Source of the DNA: Paramoeba atlantica
Taxonomy: Eukaryota; Protista; Discosea
Assembly: GCA_977017575.1 (NCBI GenBank)
Contig: CDRNVI010000030.1
Span: forward strand, 868,001-932,000
Direction of reading: 5' to 3'
DNA length: 64,000 bases
The translations under genes and the position numbers were made by a program. Positions 29,708 through 41,193 of the stretch are shown one piece after another (position 1 is the stretch's first letter; the number at the start of each line of letters is the position of its first letter). A model generated the notes under the pieces. That model made no database searches. It was not told where the DNA came from and was given only the letters and a program-made list of their open reading frames with translations.

Positions 29708-31033
29708 AACCCCTCGACACAATAAAGCACCCCCCTCTAAAATTTGTATGGTAAGTCCGTTTGAGCTAATTCTTGTGGCATTTTGCAGATCTCAGTGAAT
29801 AGACTTTGCGCACCTTGTAAAATTGTCCTGGGGTGAATAAGGTAAAATATAAGTAGACGATTACCACTTTTTCACTTTTTCTCCCTTGCGCTTTACGCAG
29901 GCTTCTAGTCGACGATCGAAGCTTAAAACAGTTTTATTTACTTGCCTTCGGGAGATTTCTTCAAATGCTTTTTTTACACACCTAATAAGCGAAGTAGTAC
30001 TGGAGGGGTTCATTCCACATACTCGTTGCTGTATCATTTCCCATACATTTTCTATAGGATTGAGGTCAGGTGAGTTGGCAGGCCAATTTTTGATATACTG
30101 AATTTCTGATACAAAAAGATAAGACTTTGTCATTTTTGCAGTGTGTGCGCCTGCTCCATCTTGTTGAAAAATAAAATTACGGGGGAAAGGAGTCTTACGC
30201 AGGGTTTTAATATACTTTCCGCTCGTAATTGAGCTGTCATTGGGAAGAATAGCTAGATAACGCCACCCAACTCCAATGGCACCCCACACATGGTATTTTG
30301 GGGCCCAACGCATTTTCTGCCTTGAAGCAGCCTTTTCGCCCGGGGCAACCCACATTTTCTTACGCATGTCATTAGTATCAAAGATTTTTTCATCAGAAAA
30401 TACAATTATGCGTGAATCCCCATTCCATGCTAAGGCAAACTCAACCCTTTTAGCCTTCTGACGTTCGGTCAACGCCATAGTAACATGGCGTGGGGAATAA
30501 GTATATTTCATTGCTTTTAAGTCACGTTGAACAGTGCGTTTTGTGACATGTACCCCCTTTTTACTCAATCTCCCCGCCATGCATCTAGCGCTGCTGTGTT
30601 TCGGCACTCCAGCAAGGTCTTTTGGTGAAATAATGGTTACTATTTTTTTCTGCGACGTAAAATAATTTTTTTCGGTGTAAATATTTTGGTTTTATTGGTT
30701 TCTTTTGCTTTCAGATATTGCCTCACATATTTTACTGAAATATTAAATTATCGTGCAAGTTGCTTCTTTGGGACACCGTCTTCGAACCTCAGGCGCAATA
30801 ATGTCTTACCTATAGGGGTCATCCCCCCTTTGGGGGACGGTACTTGGATTTTACCATGAAAGTTTAGAAAAAAAAATATTTCTGGAACTCATTTTTTTAA
30901 AAGTTTTAAATGAAGCTAAAAACCCCGGGAACGTGCAGATCTCAAAATTGTGGACGATAAAGTGGTGCTGCAACCCCCATGGGTCCCCGCACGCAAAAAA
31001 TAAAGGGGGGTGCTTTATTCGTGTCGAGGGGTT
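29708..31033 (-). mobile_element. Tc1-like DNA transposon (DD35E), transposase broken by a premature TAA
   Basis: TIR AACCCCTCGACAC(G)AATAAAGCACCCCCC at both ends, TA flanks; FSDEK, QQDGA, SPDLNPIE; upstream frame DGVPKKQLAR*FNISVKY aligns to the intact paralogue. Confidence 0.93.
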
Positions 31034-31167
31034 TATATACTGGGGGAGTATACGGTAGTTTTCAACATAAAGGCTCTGAACCTTGCCGGCAATCTTAGAG
31101 TACATTATCACACTAAACAAATCATAAAAGAAACTGGATTAGCACTAAAAAATTATAAAAGAAACTG

Positions 31168-31785
31168 CTACATTAGTAGACAAGCTGTATCCGTATCGGC
31201 TTTTCGACTCACCTGCTTAATCATTGTTTCCTCAGAGAAAAATTGAAAGTCAGGTAGCACAGCTGACATGTCAACTTCGCCTTCTAAATTCGGATTGTGG
31301 CTCAGGCAAAGGTTTTTTAGTTGTGAAGGGAGGTGGTTCAATTCTATATGCCCATCAAAGTTATTGAAAGCAAGCGTAAGGCTCTGCATTGTATCTGGTA
31401 AAGCGCGAAAGTTCAAATTTCCGAAAAATTTATTATTACATACATCAAGAACCCTCATGTTGCGTGGTAATTCTTCCACGACAAGCAGTCCAGTTAGGTC
31501 ATTCGTTGGAAGATACAATTTTTTAAGACCTCTGGGTAGGCATCTCCAATGGAGAGTCCCTTGTAGTCCTAGGTCAAACCAGTTGATTACCGTGACTTCC
31601 CGATCAACATTACATTTTACGGCATACCAAGCACACGCAGTGTTATTTGTATTCCAGGATGATTGGGGGTTTTTAACATTCTGCAAAAAATGAGATAGCA
31701 TGTATTCCTCTGGAAGTGCGGATGAAGCTCTTCCCAATCGACTCAAGGTTGAGTCCTCCCCCTGAAACAGCAAAATATTGAACAT
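31168..31785 (-). CDS. Leucine-rich repeat protein (same family)
   Basis: LPEE, CAWYAVKC cap, ~4 LRRs. Confidence 0.85.
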   Translation of the reverse strand: MFNILLFQGEDSTLSRLGRASSALPEEYMLSHFLQNVKNPQSSWNTNNTACAWYAVKCNVDREVTVINWFDLGLQGTLHWRCLPRGLKKLYLPTNDLTGLLVVEELPRNMRVLDVCNNKFFGNLNFRALPDTMQSLTLAFNNFDGHIELNHLPSQLKNLCLSHNPNLEGEVDMSAVLPDFQFFSEETMIKQVSRKADTDTACLLM

Positions 31786-32538
31786 CGCAAAAAAAGAAGA
31801 GAATCAGAGCGGGCTGAAACTTTACGCAAACTATGGAAATTTTAAAAAAGTCAATAGAGACATAATCACAGCAAATATTCGTTTTCTATCAGAAAACAAC
31901 GTGCCCTTGATTATATTTCAGAGTAAATAATAATGTCACGCATAGTTCGTTTGTACGCTGTAGGCACAACAAGCGCACGATATCGATCAAGGAATCAGAA
32001 TTTACATAACAAACATAGCAATATTAATTTTTTAGAAGATTGCCAGTTCGAAGAAAAGCCAAGTTTATGGCACTCCCTCGAAGGTCTGTAATGTCGTTAA
32101 TTATCTTATTCTTTCACAGTTAACGATATAAATGTCATTGAACAGAAAAAAATCACACATCTGCTATCCTCTTATACATTGTTTTCAGATGTAGAATCGA
32201 AATCAACGTGAAAGCAAGAGAACTTACCGACAATATTTAAGCACAATATTAAAATATTTACTGATGTTTCTTGTATGTAAAGCAGTATGGGGTAGCAAAT
32301 CTTTCTCTAACATCCGTTCTGATACGTGATGTATTTATCGTACCGATCATGTAGAAATATAATTCTCCAGGAAACTATTTTTTGCTTCTAAAATACTCTT
32401 TCAAGATGTATACATCAGATAAATATAACTGACGAATATTCTATAAGTTTCTTATATGATTACAGATAAATACGAATATAGAAAGTAGAGCAGTTTTTAA
32501 TAGGTGCGTATCAAAAATCTAATAGCCGCTATCATATC

Positions 32539-35500
32539 CTATAAATCCGAGACACTATTACGAAGTAAATATGGTTTCCACCCGTCATTGTGATAACGCT
32601 CGATATGAGCGCCATCGCTTATTGTACATAAATCTCCGAAAATGCACTCCCTGCATGCTGACACCGTCTTCCGAGATATTCTTTTTTCAGATGAAAATTC
32701 GTCGCGTGGCTGCGCTGCTGAAACGCTACTTCCAATTTGAGTCGTGTCACCACCTTGCGGTAAAATGGAATCTGTGCGAAGTTTCTTAATTTCATTGGCT
32801 TCTCTTATTGAAAGCGAAAGGCACGCTTGAGGTGGATTAGATTCGACGGTAGGAATGCTTTCACTCTGTGTAAAATCTCGCTTCTCTTTATTTATGACGG
32901 ACACAAACTCATGAAAACCAAATGAGGCCAAGGTCTCTTTCTTGATAGGCGACACCTTTTTCGGAGGCTTAATGGTGAGCCGACCCAATGCTTTGACGCT
33001 GCCATCGAATTCCACTCGATCATTAACATTGTTTTCCACAACCTCTTGGCTGCCTTTCTTCTCTAGTATTTTCTTTTTGAGAACAACTTTGGTTCTCTCA
33101 TCTGTTGCTTTTTGCGTAGTTCTCCCCTCTGGTGTCTCTGCTTCATTGTTTTGTAAGTTAACAGACAGAAACTTTTCAACAGCTCCTCGAACATCAAGAT
33201 CTGCTTTGTAAGCCGTAGCGTCAAATTCTACTCGATCGTTAACACGGTTTTCCACAACCCCCTGACTTCCAGATTGAGGGCGCCCTAGTATTTTCAGTTT
33301 GGAAACAAATTCGGTTCCCGACTCAGTTAATTTTCGTGTAGTTTTCCCCTCTGGTGTCACTGCTTCATTGTTTTTTAAGTTAACAGAAAGAAGCTTTTCA
33401 ACAGCTCCTCGAACATCAAGATCTGCTTTGTAAGTCGCAGTATCGAGTTCCACTCGATTCTTGACACGGTTTTCCGCAATCGCTCGACTTCCAGAAGGAG
33501 GGCGTTCTAGTATTTTCTTTTTAGAAACATTTTCAGCTCCTGAATCTGTTGACTTTTGTTTAATTTTCTCGTCTTGTGTCACAGCTTCAGTGTTTTGTAA
33601 GTTAACAGAAAGAAACTTTTCAACGGCTCCTCGAACATCAAAATCTGCTTTGTAAGTCGCATTATCACTTTTTATGACTTTCGCACCTTTCTCATTCTGT
33701 TGGATATCGTTTTCAGTATCCATCCATAAGGTTTGTAGCTTTTCTTTGAGTTGTACAGTATCTTCCGGACTGCTTTTCGAAGTTCCATATCTGGTCACAA
33801 CCAACAGCGCGCTCTGCCGCAATATTACCGCACGATTGCTCTCGAGCCTTCCCTCCGCTGAGACACAGCCTGGGTGTTCCTCATCCATCACGACCTCTGC
33901 ATGCTTGTGATCCCCCAGAAGACGTACGATCAAACCCCGGGATCCGAAAGGGACACTGCCATCTGTATCACAATACACCACACGCTCCAGTACCCCTCGT
34001 ACCCGATGTTGTACTGGAATGTCTCCAACACGTATACCAGCTGTGCTTTCCGTGCGGGGAATTAAAAGGCAGGAGAGTTTTACATGCTTTACGTTGATTC
34101 GACGCACGTTCGGGAGCTCACGGCACTTGAAGTTGAAAGAGATTACTGCCTTTTCCACAGCTGCCAACACTTTGGCCGTTAGCAACTCATCACATGCAGG
34201 AACAAAGGCCTCCTCTCTGTAGGGCAAGGTATGAAGGAAGGAAGTTATTTTACCAAGAGCCTCAGAAATGTCAGTTCCAGCCCATTCACCACGCATCATA
34301 TGTGCCGGATCAAAAGCAAAAATGTCGAATCGGCCATTGCACAGTGTATCAATCAGCGGCTTAAATCGAGTCCAGTATTCAAAGAGAATCCTTATCCCTG
34401 CTTCTGTAAAATACCATTCGCCTTTCGCGCTGCTGGAGTCCGTTGATTCCGACAACGAATTAAAATTCTTTTGAGCGCTATCAAGCAATGCCCCATCATC
34501 AGCACTGGAAGAAACATACTTCGTATAGCCCGCTCTTGCCATCTTTTGTTTCGTATTTAACATTCCCAACCCGATTTCCGTTTCTCCATGAAATTTGTTA
34601 CAACTAATATTACCCATGACGGCTAACACGACTCGAATCGGAGCATGAAGTTTTGTGGATACGAGGCTCACTGAAAACCACTGAACGTTCGGTGTGTGTT
34701 GCTCAAGCGTAGGAGTAAGCAAAGAGGAAAATGACTCTGTACAACGTGACTCGTAATCGCGAAGAACAAGGTCATACGTGACACCCGAATCCACATCATT
34801 GCACTGCACGACACTGCCAACACAACCAAAAAGGCTTTGAATCCCCGTGCTTCCTGAATGAGGAACAAAAATAACTTCGGACAAAGTAGAGACAACCTTT
34901 CCAAGGACCTTGTTAGGAATATCGTATTTCGGATTCGGACGACAGGGATATTGTTCGGCGTTAAAAACGAGTTGCACTGGATATTTCTCCGTGTTCTCCG
35001 AAAACTCATACTCAAAGGTACGATTCTTTGTGTATTTCACTCCAACAACATGGCGGACGTAGACAAGTACCCGGATCGATGCCAAATCAATTCCTTTCTT
35101 TGATATAAGCTTCCGGTAAATGTCTTCGACCTGCTCCTCAAAAAGATCCATATCCTCTTCGCTGTGCTCAGATTCCTGAATGTGCTTCAAAATACAACGT
35201 GAATTTAGTGTACCTAGTACAGAAATTTCAACGTCACAGACAGAAGTCACACGTGCTCGTTTGAGGTAGGGGAAACCCACAAATACATCATGTCCAAGTA
35301 AGATTTTAGAAACTTCACGCGCGCTGGTCGAGGCTTCGTATGGCACATTCAAAAACAAAGAAGGCTGTCGTGTGACGTGCAAGAATACCTTCACAACACT
35401 ATTCCGAAGCTCTGATGAAACTGTTTTCACCAAAGGAGAGAGAGTACCGAACCCTTCTGATGGGGTATCGAATACTGACACGCCATCACAAAGAGTTGCG

Positions 35501-37269
35501 TTGAAAGGTGCACACATTTGTAGCTGGTACTCAACCCCGTGAACGTTACAAGGACGAATGTCACGCATGCTGCGGAGGGGCGCGATATGCGTCTCAGAAC
35601 TCTCCCCGAGCCTATATTCATACAACCGCGCCGATATTCTAGTGTTATTTTTCTTTTCGCTGTCATGAAGTGCGTGCACAACTTGTTCGTAGGCCTCTTT
35701 CAGCACGGACTCTTGTAAAAAAGGAAGACATACAACCCCCTCCCATGGCATTCGACAACCCTCTCTATCAATAACAACTTTGTCCAAATCAGGATAAAAT
35801 GGTTTCAGAAGAGACACATCGGAGCGCATAAGTTCCCAGTACGTTTGCGGAACACTACGGTAACTAGCGGGCGGAAGAACGGCTAGCAATTGCTGGTGAG
35901 GGGTAAAAGGCTCTCCTGAACTAAAATTTATCTCTTTACTAAGGGATACAAGATCGACCAAGTCACTTGCCAAAGGAGAGTAATGGTATGGATAGTACCA
36001 CCCCCAGCTGCAGCACCCCTCATAGTAGTACTCCATGATCCACTGCAGACCCTCTACGTAGGATCTACGGAGATAGTGGTGATCTATTGGAGTAAACGTA
36101 TTCAGCTTCTTTCCATAATACTCTGCTTTGTATTGTCCAAGAGTGGATGCGTTGTCCAGTATCGTTTTTTCTACAGATTCGGACTCACCTCTCCTCTTTT
36201 TATTTGCGCTATTTCGTTTCTTGCACAATAATTCCCATTCTCGTGAGCCCAAATTACGAAGCATGTCTTCCAACACATCCCAGTTAATGCTCTTCTGCTG
36301 TGTGAGATAGCGATTTTTACAAACGCACTCGGCTTTGTAAACGTCGAATAAGAGAGATAACGAACCCTCTCCTATGTCAAGAGAAGGTAGGGCAGGAAGA
36401 AAATCGTTCCCCACGAAGAAACAAAGGAAAATAAAATCATCTATACAACGCTCCAAGTTTTCTGGGCGGAGATCCAGACAGAGATACTCCCGCAGTAAAT
36501 GAATGTGCAGCAGGACAAATTTCGAAGGCGCGTCAAAACGCTTGTCCAACACAATACCTCTCTTTTCGTCACGCTCCTGAAGCTCACGCTCTCGCTTCGG
36601 GATGCCAAAAGATACAATTTCTCTAAGCAGAACGAAATTTGGCTCATGCGAAGCCAGAGCGAGCATAATGAGGTCTGCATCCAATCCATACATACAATGC
36701 GTCTCATGAGAAGAGTACCCTGGTTGCATTTTGCGAGTACGAATAAACGACATTATTTTGTGCTCCCCTTCCCCTGGATCTTGATGTCCTGAGTATACCA
36801 CTTTGCATTTCCTCCACGATGGAAAATTCTGAATTTTATAGTGAATGAAGTATTCTAGGTATCTGCTTAACGCTACCATAAATGTAGTTCCTGGCGTTAT
36901 ACAATTGCTATCGAACCCGATCGTTGTATCTACCCCCGCTTCTTGCATCTCCATCGCCTTTCGGTACCGCCGTTGACGTTGCTGGTTCATCTTTGCCCGT
37001 GGCGCAACTCCGTCGACAGCCATAAAAAAGTACTGTTTGGGCTGTATGAAGGAAAATATTCGGTCAAGATAGGAAAAAACTTCACGAGCAATGGACTCAT
37101 CCGAGCGTTGTACGGTGCTAGTGCTGGTCGCATTACTACGCGCGCAAACGTGAATGATACCATTCATGTCAAGGTAGAGGTTGTCAATGGGCGGAGGATC
37201 CTCAGTTATCGGACAAAGTATAGTGGGGTATCTTTCTGCACACCAACGAAAGAACTTGGGAATTCCCAT
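32539..37269 (-). CDS. XRN1: 5'-3' exoribonuclease XRN1/XRNA
   Basis: MGIPKFFRW, DNLYLDMNGIIH, DGVAPRAKMNQQRQRR, FDSNCITPGT, PGEGEHKI, YGLDADL, GNDFLP; C-terminal PAZ/KOW/SH3-like region. Confidence 0.95.
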   Translation of the reverse strand: MGIPKFFRWCAERYPTILCPITEDPPPIDNLYLDMNGIIHVCARSNATSTSTVQRSDESIAREVFSYLDRIFSFIQPKQYFFMAVDGVAPRAKMNQQRQRRYRKAMEMQEAGVDTTIGFDSNCITPGTTFMVALSRYLEYFIHYKIQNFPSWRKCKVVYSGHQDPGEGEHKIMSFIRTRKMQPGYSSHETHCMYGLDADLIMLALASHEPNFVLLREIVSFGIPKRERELQERDEKRGIVLDKRFDAPSKFVLLHIHLLREYLCLDLRPENLERCIDDFIFLCFFVGNDFLPALPSLDIGEGSLSLLFDVYKAECVCKNRYLTQQKSINWDVLEDMLRNLGSREWELLCKKRNSANKKRRGESESVEKTILDNASTLGQYKAEYYGKKLNTFTPIDHHYLRRSYVEGLQWIMEYYYEGCCSWGWYYPYHYSPLASDLVDLVSLSKEINFSSGEPFTPHQQLLAVLPPASYRSVPQTYWELMRSDVSLLKPFYPDLDKVVIDREGCRMPWEGVVCLPFLQESVLKEAYEQVVHALHDSEKKNNTRISARLYEYRLGESSETHIAPLRSMRDIRPCNVHGVEYQLQMCAPFNATLCDGVSVFDTPSEGFGTLSPLVKTVSSELRNSVVKVFLHVTRQPSLFLNVPYEASTSAREVSKILLGHDVFVGFPYLKRARVTSVCDVEISVLGTLNSRCILKHIQESEHSEEDMDLFEEQVEDIYRKLISKKGIDLASIRVLVYVRHVVGVKYTKNRTFEYEFSENTEKYPVQLVFNAEQYPCRPNPKYDIPNKVLGKVVSTLSEVIFVPHSGSTGIQSLFGCVGSVVQCNDVDSGVTYDLVLRDYESRCTESFSSLLTPTLEQHTPNVQWFSVSLVSTKLHAPIRVVLAVMGNISCNKFHGETEIGLGMLNTKQKMARAGYTKYVSSSADDGALLDSAQKNFNSLSESTDSSSAKGEWYFTEAGIRILFEYWTRFKPLIDTLCNGRFDIFAFDPAHMMRGEWAGTDISEALGKITSFLHTLPYREEAFVPACDELLTAKVLAAVEKAVISFNFKCRELPNVRRINVKHVKLSCLLIPRTESTAGIRVGDIPVQHRVRGVLERVVYCDTDGSVPFGSRGLIVRLLGDHKHAEVVMDEEHPGCVSAEGRLESNRAVILRQSALLVVTRYGTSKSSPEDTVQLKEKLQTLWMDTENDIQQNEKGAKVIKSDNATYKADFDVRGAVEKFLSVNLQNTEAVTQDEKIKQKSTDSGAENVSKKKILERPPSGSRAIAENRVKNRVELDTATYKADLDVRGAVEKLLSVNLKNNEAVTPEGKTTRKLTESGTEFVSKLKILGRPQSGSQGVVENRVNDRVEFDATAYKADLDVRGAVEKFLSVNLQNNEAETPEGRTTQKATDERTKVVLKKKILEKKGSQEVVENNVNDRVEFDGSVKALGRLTIKPPKKVSPIKKETLASFGFHEFVSVINKEKRDFTQSESIPTVESNPPQACLSLSIREANEIKKLRTDSILPQGGDTTQIGSSVSAAQPRDEFSSEKRISRKTVSACRECIFGDLCTISDGAHIERYHNDGWKPYLLRNSVSDL
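33010..33665 (-). repeat. Three imperfect 222-bp (74-aa) coding repeats in the XRN C-terminus
   Basis: YKAD(F/L)DVRGAVEK(F/L)LSVNL repeated; homologous DNA ends at 33660, 33438 and 33216. Confidence 0.92.
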
Positions 37270-37750
37270 TGTGTATTTATTATTATACAGAGAAATTATT
37301 TCTGAGTCGAATTAAGGAAACGTGAAAAAAGTCTTAAAATTGCACATATTCCAGATTTATGTTGAAAGTACATGTCGAAAAGACGGTATCTTCAATCTAT
37401 AATAAAAAACGAGTCTTATTTCAGCATGTCATAACAAACTACGATATAAAATAGCACATGTGAGGAATAATTTGATGCTAAACAGACATGCATTTTCATA
37501 AACAATACGTGCATTTGACGTCCATGTGTAAGTGCTACGTGTGTAGCGCACCTTCTTTGTAGAAAAACAATTTTGTGAACCTTCCGTATTACCCTTGTGA
37601 AAAAATATACTTGCAAAAAAACATTAGCATAATTCTACTAAATCTAAATACGATTTTTCAGTCAATAACTCACAAAAATCTTTTCTAAATATCGAATTGG
37701 CCTTTAAAAAACAAAACAAAAGACCATCAAAACGTCCTTTGTACCATCCT

Positions 37751-39103
37751 TTAGTATTCATCCATATCATCGCCTTCCATATCCGCTGAATCCGCACCCA
37801 CCTCCTCGTAATCCTTCTCCAGGGCGGCGAGATCCTCCCGTGCCTCACTAAACTCCCCTTCCTCCATCCCCTCACTCACATACCAGTGCACAAACGCTCG
37901 TTTCGCATACATCAAATCAAACTTATGATCAATCCGCGCAAACACCTCCGCGATCGCGGTCGTGTTCGCAATCATACACACCGCACGCTGCACACTCGCC
38001 AAATCCCCCCCGGGCACCGCCGTCGGGGGCTGGTAGTTAATCCCACACTTAAACCCCGTGGGGCACCAGTCCACAAACTGGATCGTTCGTTTGGTCTTGA
38101 TCGTGGCCACCGCCGCGTTCACGTCCTTCGGGACCACATCCCCGCGGTACATCAGACAGGCCGCCATGTACTTCCCGTGGCGCGGGTCGCACTTCGCCAT
38201 CATACTCGCGGGCTCGAACACGCTGTTGGTGATCTCATGCACACTTAACTGCTCGTGGTAGGCCTTCGCGGCACTCACCACGGGGGCATAGCTCGATAAC
38301 ACGAAATGGATCCGGGGGTAGGGGACCAGGTTGGTCTGGAACTCGGTGACATCGACGTTAAGGGCGCCATCGAAGCGTAGGGAGGCGGTAAGGGAGGAGA
38401 TCACTTGGGCGACTAGACGGTTGACATTGGTGTAGTTCGGCCGGTCAATGTCGAGGTTGCGTCGGGCAATGTCGTAGATGGCCTCGTTGTCGAGCATAAC
38501 GGCGACGTCGGTGTGCTCGAGGAGGGAGTGGGTGGAGAGGACACTGTTGTAGGGCTCCACGACGGCGGTGGAGACCTCGGGGGAGGGGTAGATGGTGAAA
38601 CCCATTTTGCTTTTCTTGCCGTAGTCCACGGAGAGACGCTCGAGGAGGAGGGCGCCGAGACCGGAGCCGGTGCCCCCGCCGACGGCGTGGAACACGAGGA
38701 AGCCTTGGAGACCGGTGCAGTTGTCCGCGAGTTTACGGATGCGGTCGAGGCAGAGGTCGACGATTTCTTTGCCGATGGTGTAGTGCCCGCGGGCGTAGTT
38801 GTTGGCGGCGTCCTCTTTGCCGGAGATGAGCTGCTCGGGGTGGAACAGCTCGCGGTAGGGCCCGGAGCGGACCTCGTCGATTACGGAGGGCTCGAGGTCG
38901 ACGAACAGAGCTCGGGGGACGTGACGACCGGCACCGGTTTCCGCAAAGAAGGTGTTGAAGGCGTCGTCCTCAACTACGGCGCCGGTTTCCTGGGGCATGG
39001 TGCCGTCGGGGTTGATGCCGTGCTCAAGGCAGTAGAGTTCCCAGCAGGAGTTACCGGTTTGGATACCCGCCTGACCGAGGTGGATGGAGATTACTTCACG
39101 CAT
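37751..39103 (-). CDS. TUBA: Alpha-tubulin
   Basis: [38 protein letters not shown]-terminal EY. Confidence 0.99.
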   Translation of the reverse strand: MREVISIHLGQAGIQTGNSCWELYCLEHGINPDGTMPQETGAVVEDDAFNTFFAETGAGRHVPRALFVDLEPSVIDEVRSGPYRELFHPEQLISGKEDAANNYARGHYTIGKEIVDLCLDRIRKLADNCTGLQGFLVFHAVGGGTGSGLGALLLERLSVDYGKKSKMGFTIYPSPEVSTAVVEPYNSVLSTHSLLEHTDVAVMLDNEAIYDIARRNLDIDRPNYTNVNRLVAQVISSLTASLRFDGALNVDVTEFQTNLVPYPRIHFVLSSYAPVVSAAKAYHEQLSVHEITNSVFEPASMMAKCDPRHGKYMAACLMYRGDVVPKDVNAAVATIKTKRTIQFVDWCPTGFKCGINYQPPTAVPGGDLASVQRAVCMIANTTAIAEVFARIDHKFDLMYAKRAFVHWYVSEGMEEGEFSEAREDLAALEKDYEEVGADSADMEGDDMDEY

Positions 39104-39329
39104 TGAAAGAGAGAAGAAGGAGAGATGGAGAGATGCTAGGGGTACAATGTGATAACGGTAAAGGATATTAAAAATCGAAAATTAGAAAAGTAAGAAATGT
39201 AACTTGTGCCCGAGTTGTGCTACAACTCATTAGTGCGTTGCAAGTAACCGAGCTTTTGCGGAAAATACAGCGAAAAGCGTCTTCTGTAGCTTCACGGACA
39301 TACCTAAACGAAAATACGCAAGGGTACAT

Positions 39330-41072
39330 TCAATCTGCAGCATTTTGAAAAATGCCTGGGTATAGAACACCGGGTTTTAATCCGATTCCAGGAGCAAAAG
39401 TCGAGACTGGATCCTTGTGTGGGGTTCCTTTTGAAAGAGTGAGCGATGTAACTGCTACCCATGTGGCATCCGCACATAACAGTAGTAGTAAACGTGAGGC
39501 GTGTTCACTCGTGCAAACGCCATTGACACTTGGAACTTTGTTTTCCATAACTTCTTGCTTGTGGTGGGATAAGTAAACTGTTCCAGGTCGAATAGAAATA
39601 GGTTCTGAAATGCGTTCTCCATGGGATTGTAAGCTAGATAGCAGCTCTTTACTTTGAATCAAGGTATGTGTCCTAGAACAGTATACGGCAGGGAAATTTG
39701 AAGTCTCACTAAGAGTCCCTGCTTTCTGGGAATTTGTTTCTATAAGGGTAATGTATTTTGTGATATTGCTAAGCTCCTCACGGAGAGGCTCTGACAATCT
39801 GGAATTGAACAAATCACAAGATCGAGTTGCATCTTCGGAATGACTGTAAATACTTTCAAGAGAATTGAATACACAATGAACACCTGTGACGGGCGCTACA
39901 GTTTTGAGTTGACCTTCTTTGCATCTTTTTTCTAGTTTTGTCTTCAGTATTGCATTAGAAGGAGAGAATTCTCTGTGAAAACTGCAACTCACTTTACCAC
40001 GTTCCATGTGCAGTGCGCGCCATTGGTTGTATACTACCTGTGCATTGGATTTGCAGAGACTCAAGAATCCCGAAGCTTTAGATATTTTGGGGGCTGCTGG
40101 AACGGCCCCTACATGACTGGTAGGCCGAGCTTGTGATTGCGCACAAGCTAGTAAACTGTTCAATTTTTTTTGTCCCTGGCACAATGCATCCACGATGCAT
40201 TCTGCCGTCAAGTGAACCACGCGAGAGAAATACTCGCGCAGCATTTCACTGGACGGTATATCTATCTGTTTCTGGAGGAGAATATCTCCAGTATCGACCG
40301 AGGTTCGGTCGTTTGTCGATCTATTGTAAGGAATTGTGATCAGGGTGGCTCCTCCAACACGTTCTCCATGTAACAGAGTGGCGTGAATCGGGCTTGGTCC
40401 ACGGAAGCGCGGAAGAAGCGAAGGATGAGCGTTGATAAAGGGCACTGGGTAAAAATTTCGAAGGAATTGGACAGGGAAAAGATAACGAAACGATACTACA
40501 AGCGCAACGTCAACAGCATTTTCGCTCACAGGTGCCGATTTGCTTGCGGAAGTTGTAGTTTCTCCAAAAGGTGGGAGTTGACCATCATACATTTCGTTTT
40601 TCTGCCTACTGAATGAGGTACGCATCTTTTCGAGCCAATCGGGTGGAATGGTAGGAGTTATCATGGCTGTATCGGTCGCATTTTTGCCCGTTGTTGAAGT
40701 GGTATGCCGCTCTCCCCAGAAGCCTCGTAGCGTAAGGGGATCCGGAGGACTATACACAGGAAGATTAACGATATCTTCACAGTATCTCCGGAGCAAATTT
40801 CTTTCTCCTGGAGGACAAATTACGAAAATAGATTGTATCGGCATGGATACACCGTTTCTAGTGTTGAAATACACAGAAGAGCCGCATACACTCTTTTGTA
40901 GGAGTGGATATTTTTGTAGTCTGTCTTGGACGAATCTCTCAGCTGAATCTATCTTATTGCCTTCATTTTTATTTAGAAAAGACAAGCCACCATGTTTCGA
41001 AACCATATTGCGAACAAGACAATGCAAGCAGTAGAGAGAAACTTCGTCGCCACCAAAGAAAAGTACTCTCAT
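39330..41072 (-). CDS. FMT: Methionyl-tRNA formyltransferase (mitochondrial), with large insertions
   Basis: MRVLFFG, INAHPSLLPRFRGPSPI, DTGDILLQ, APKISK. Confidence 0.85.
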   Translation of the reverse strand: MRVLFFGGDEVSLYCLHCLVRNMVSKHGGLSFLNKNEGNKIDSAERFVQDRLQKYPLLQKSVCGSSVYFNTRNGVSMPIQSIFVICPPGERNLLRRYCEDIVNLPVYSPPDPLTLRGFWGERHTTSTTGKNATDTAMITPTIPPDWLEKMRTSFSRQKNEMYDGQLPPFGETTTSASKSAPVSENAVDVALVVSFRYLFPVQFLRNFYPVPFINAHPSLLPRFRGPSPIHATLLHGERVGGATLITIPYNRSTNDRTSVDTGDILLQKQIDIPSSEMLREYFSRVVHLTAECIVDALCQGQKKLNSLLACAQSQARPTSHVGAVPAAPKISKASGFLSLCKSNAQVVYNQWRALHMERGKVSCSFHREFSPSNAILKTKLEKRCKEGQLKTVAPVTGVHCVFNSLESIYSHSEDATRSCDLFNSRLSEPLREELSNITKYITLIETNSQKAGTLSETSNFPAVYCSRTHTLIQSKELLSSLQSHGERISEPISIRPGTVYLSHHKQEVMENKVPSVNGVCTSEHASRLLLLLCADATWVAVTSLTLSKGTPHKDPVSTFAPGIGLKPGVLYPGIFQNAAD

Positions 41073-41193
41073 TATGTGTCATTGAAAATATAACATAACA
41101 CTCTTTTAAGCTTCGTGACCAATAAATATGCAGTCGAGGAAAAGAAAAAATATACAAAAAAATATTGAATTTTGTAAGTAAAGGACTACAATT

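Noticed and set aside
37886-39106. ORFs 37886..38248 (+) and 38513..39106 (-, alternative frame) over tubulin
   Set aside because: Stop-free by-products of biased codon usage; no independent protein features
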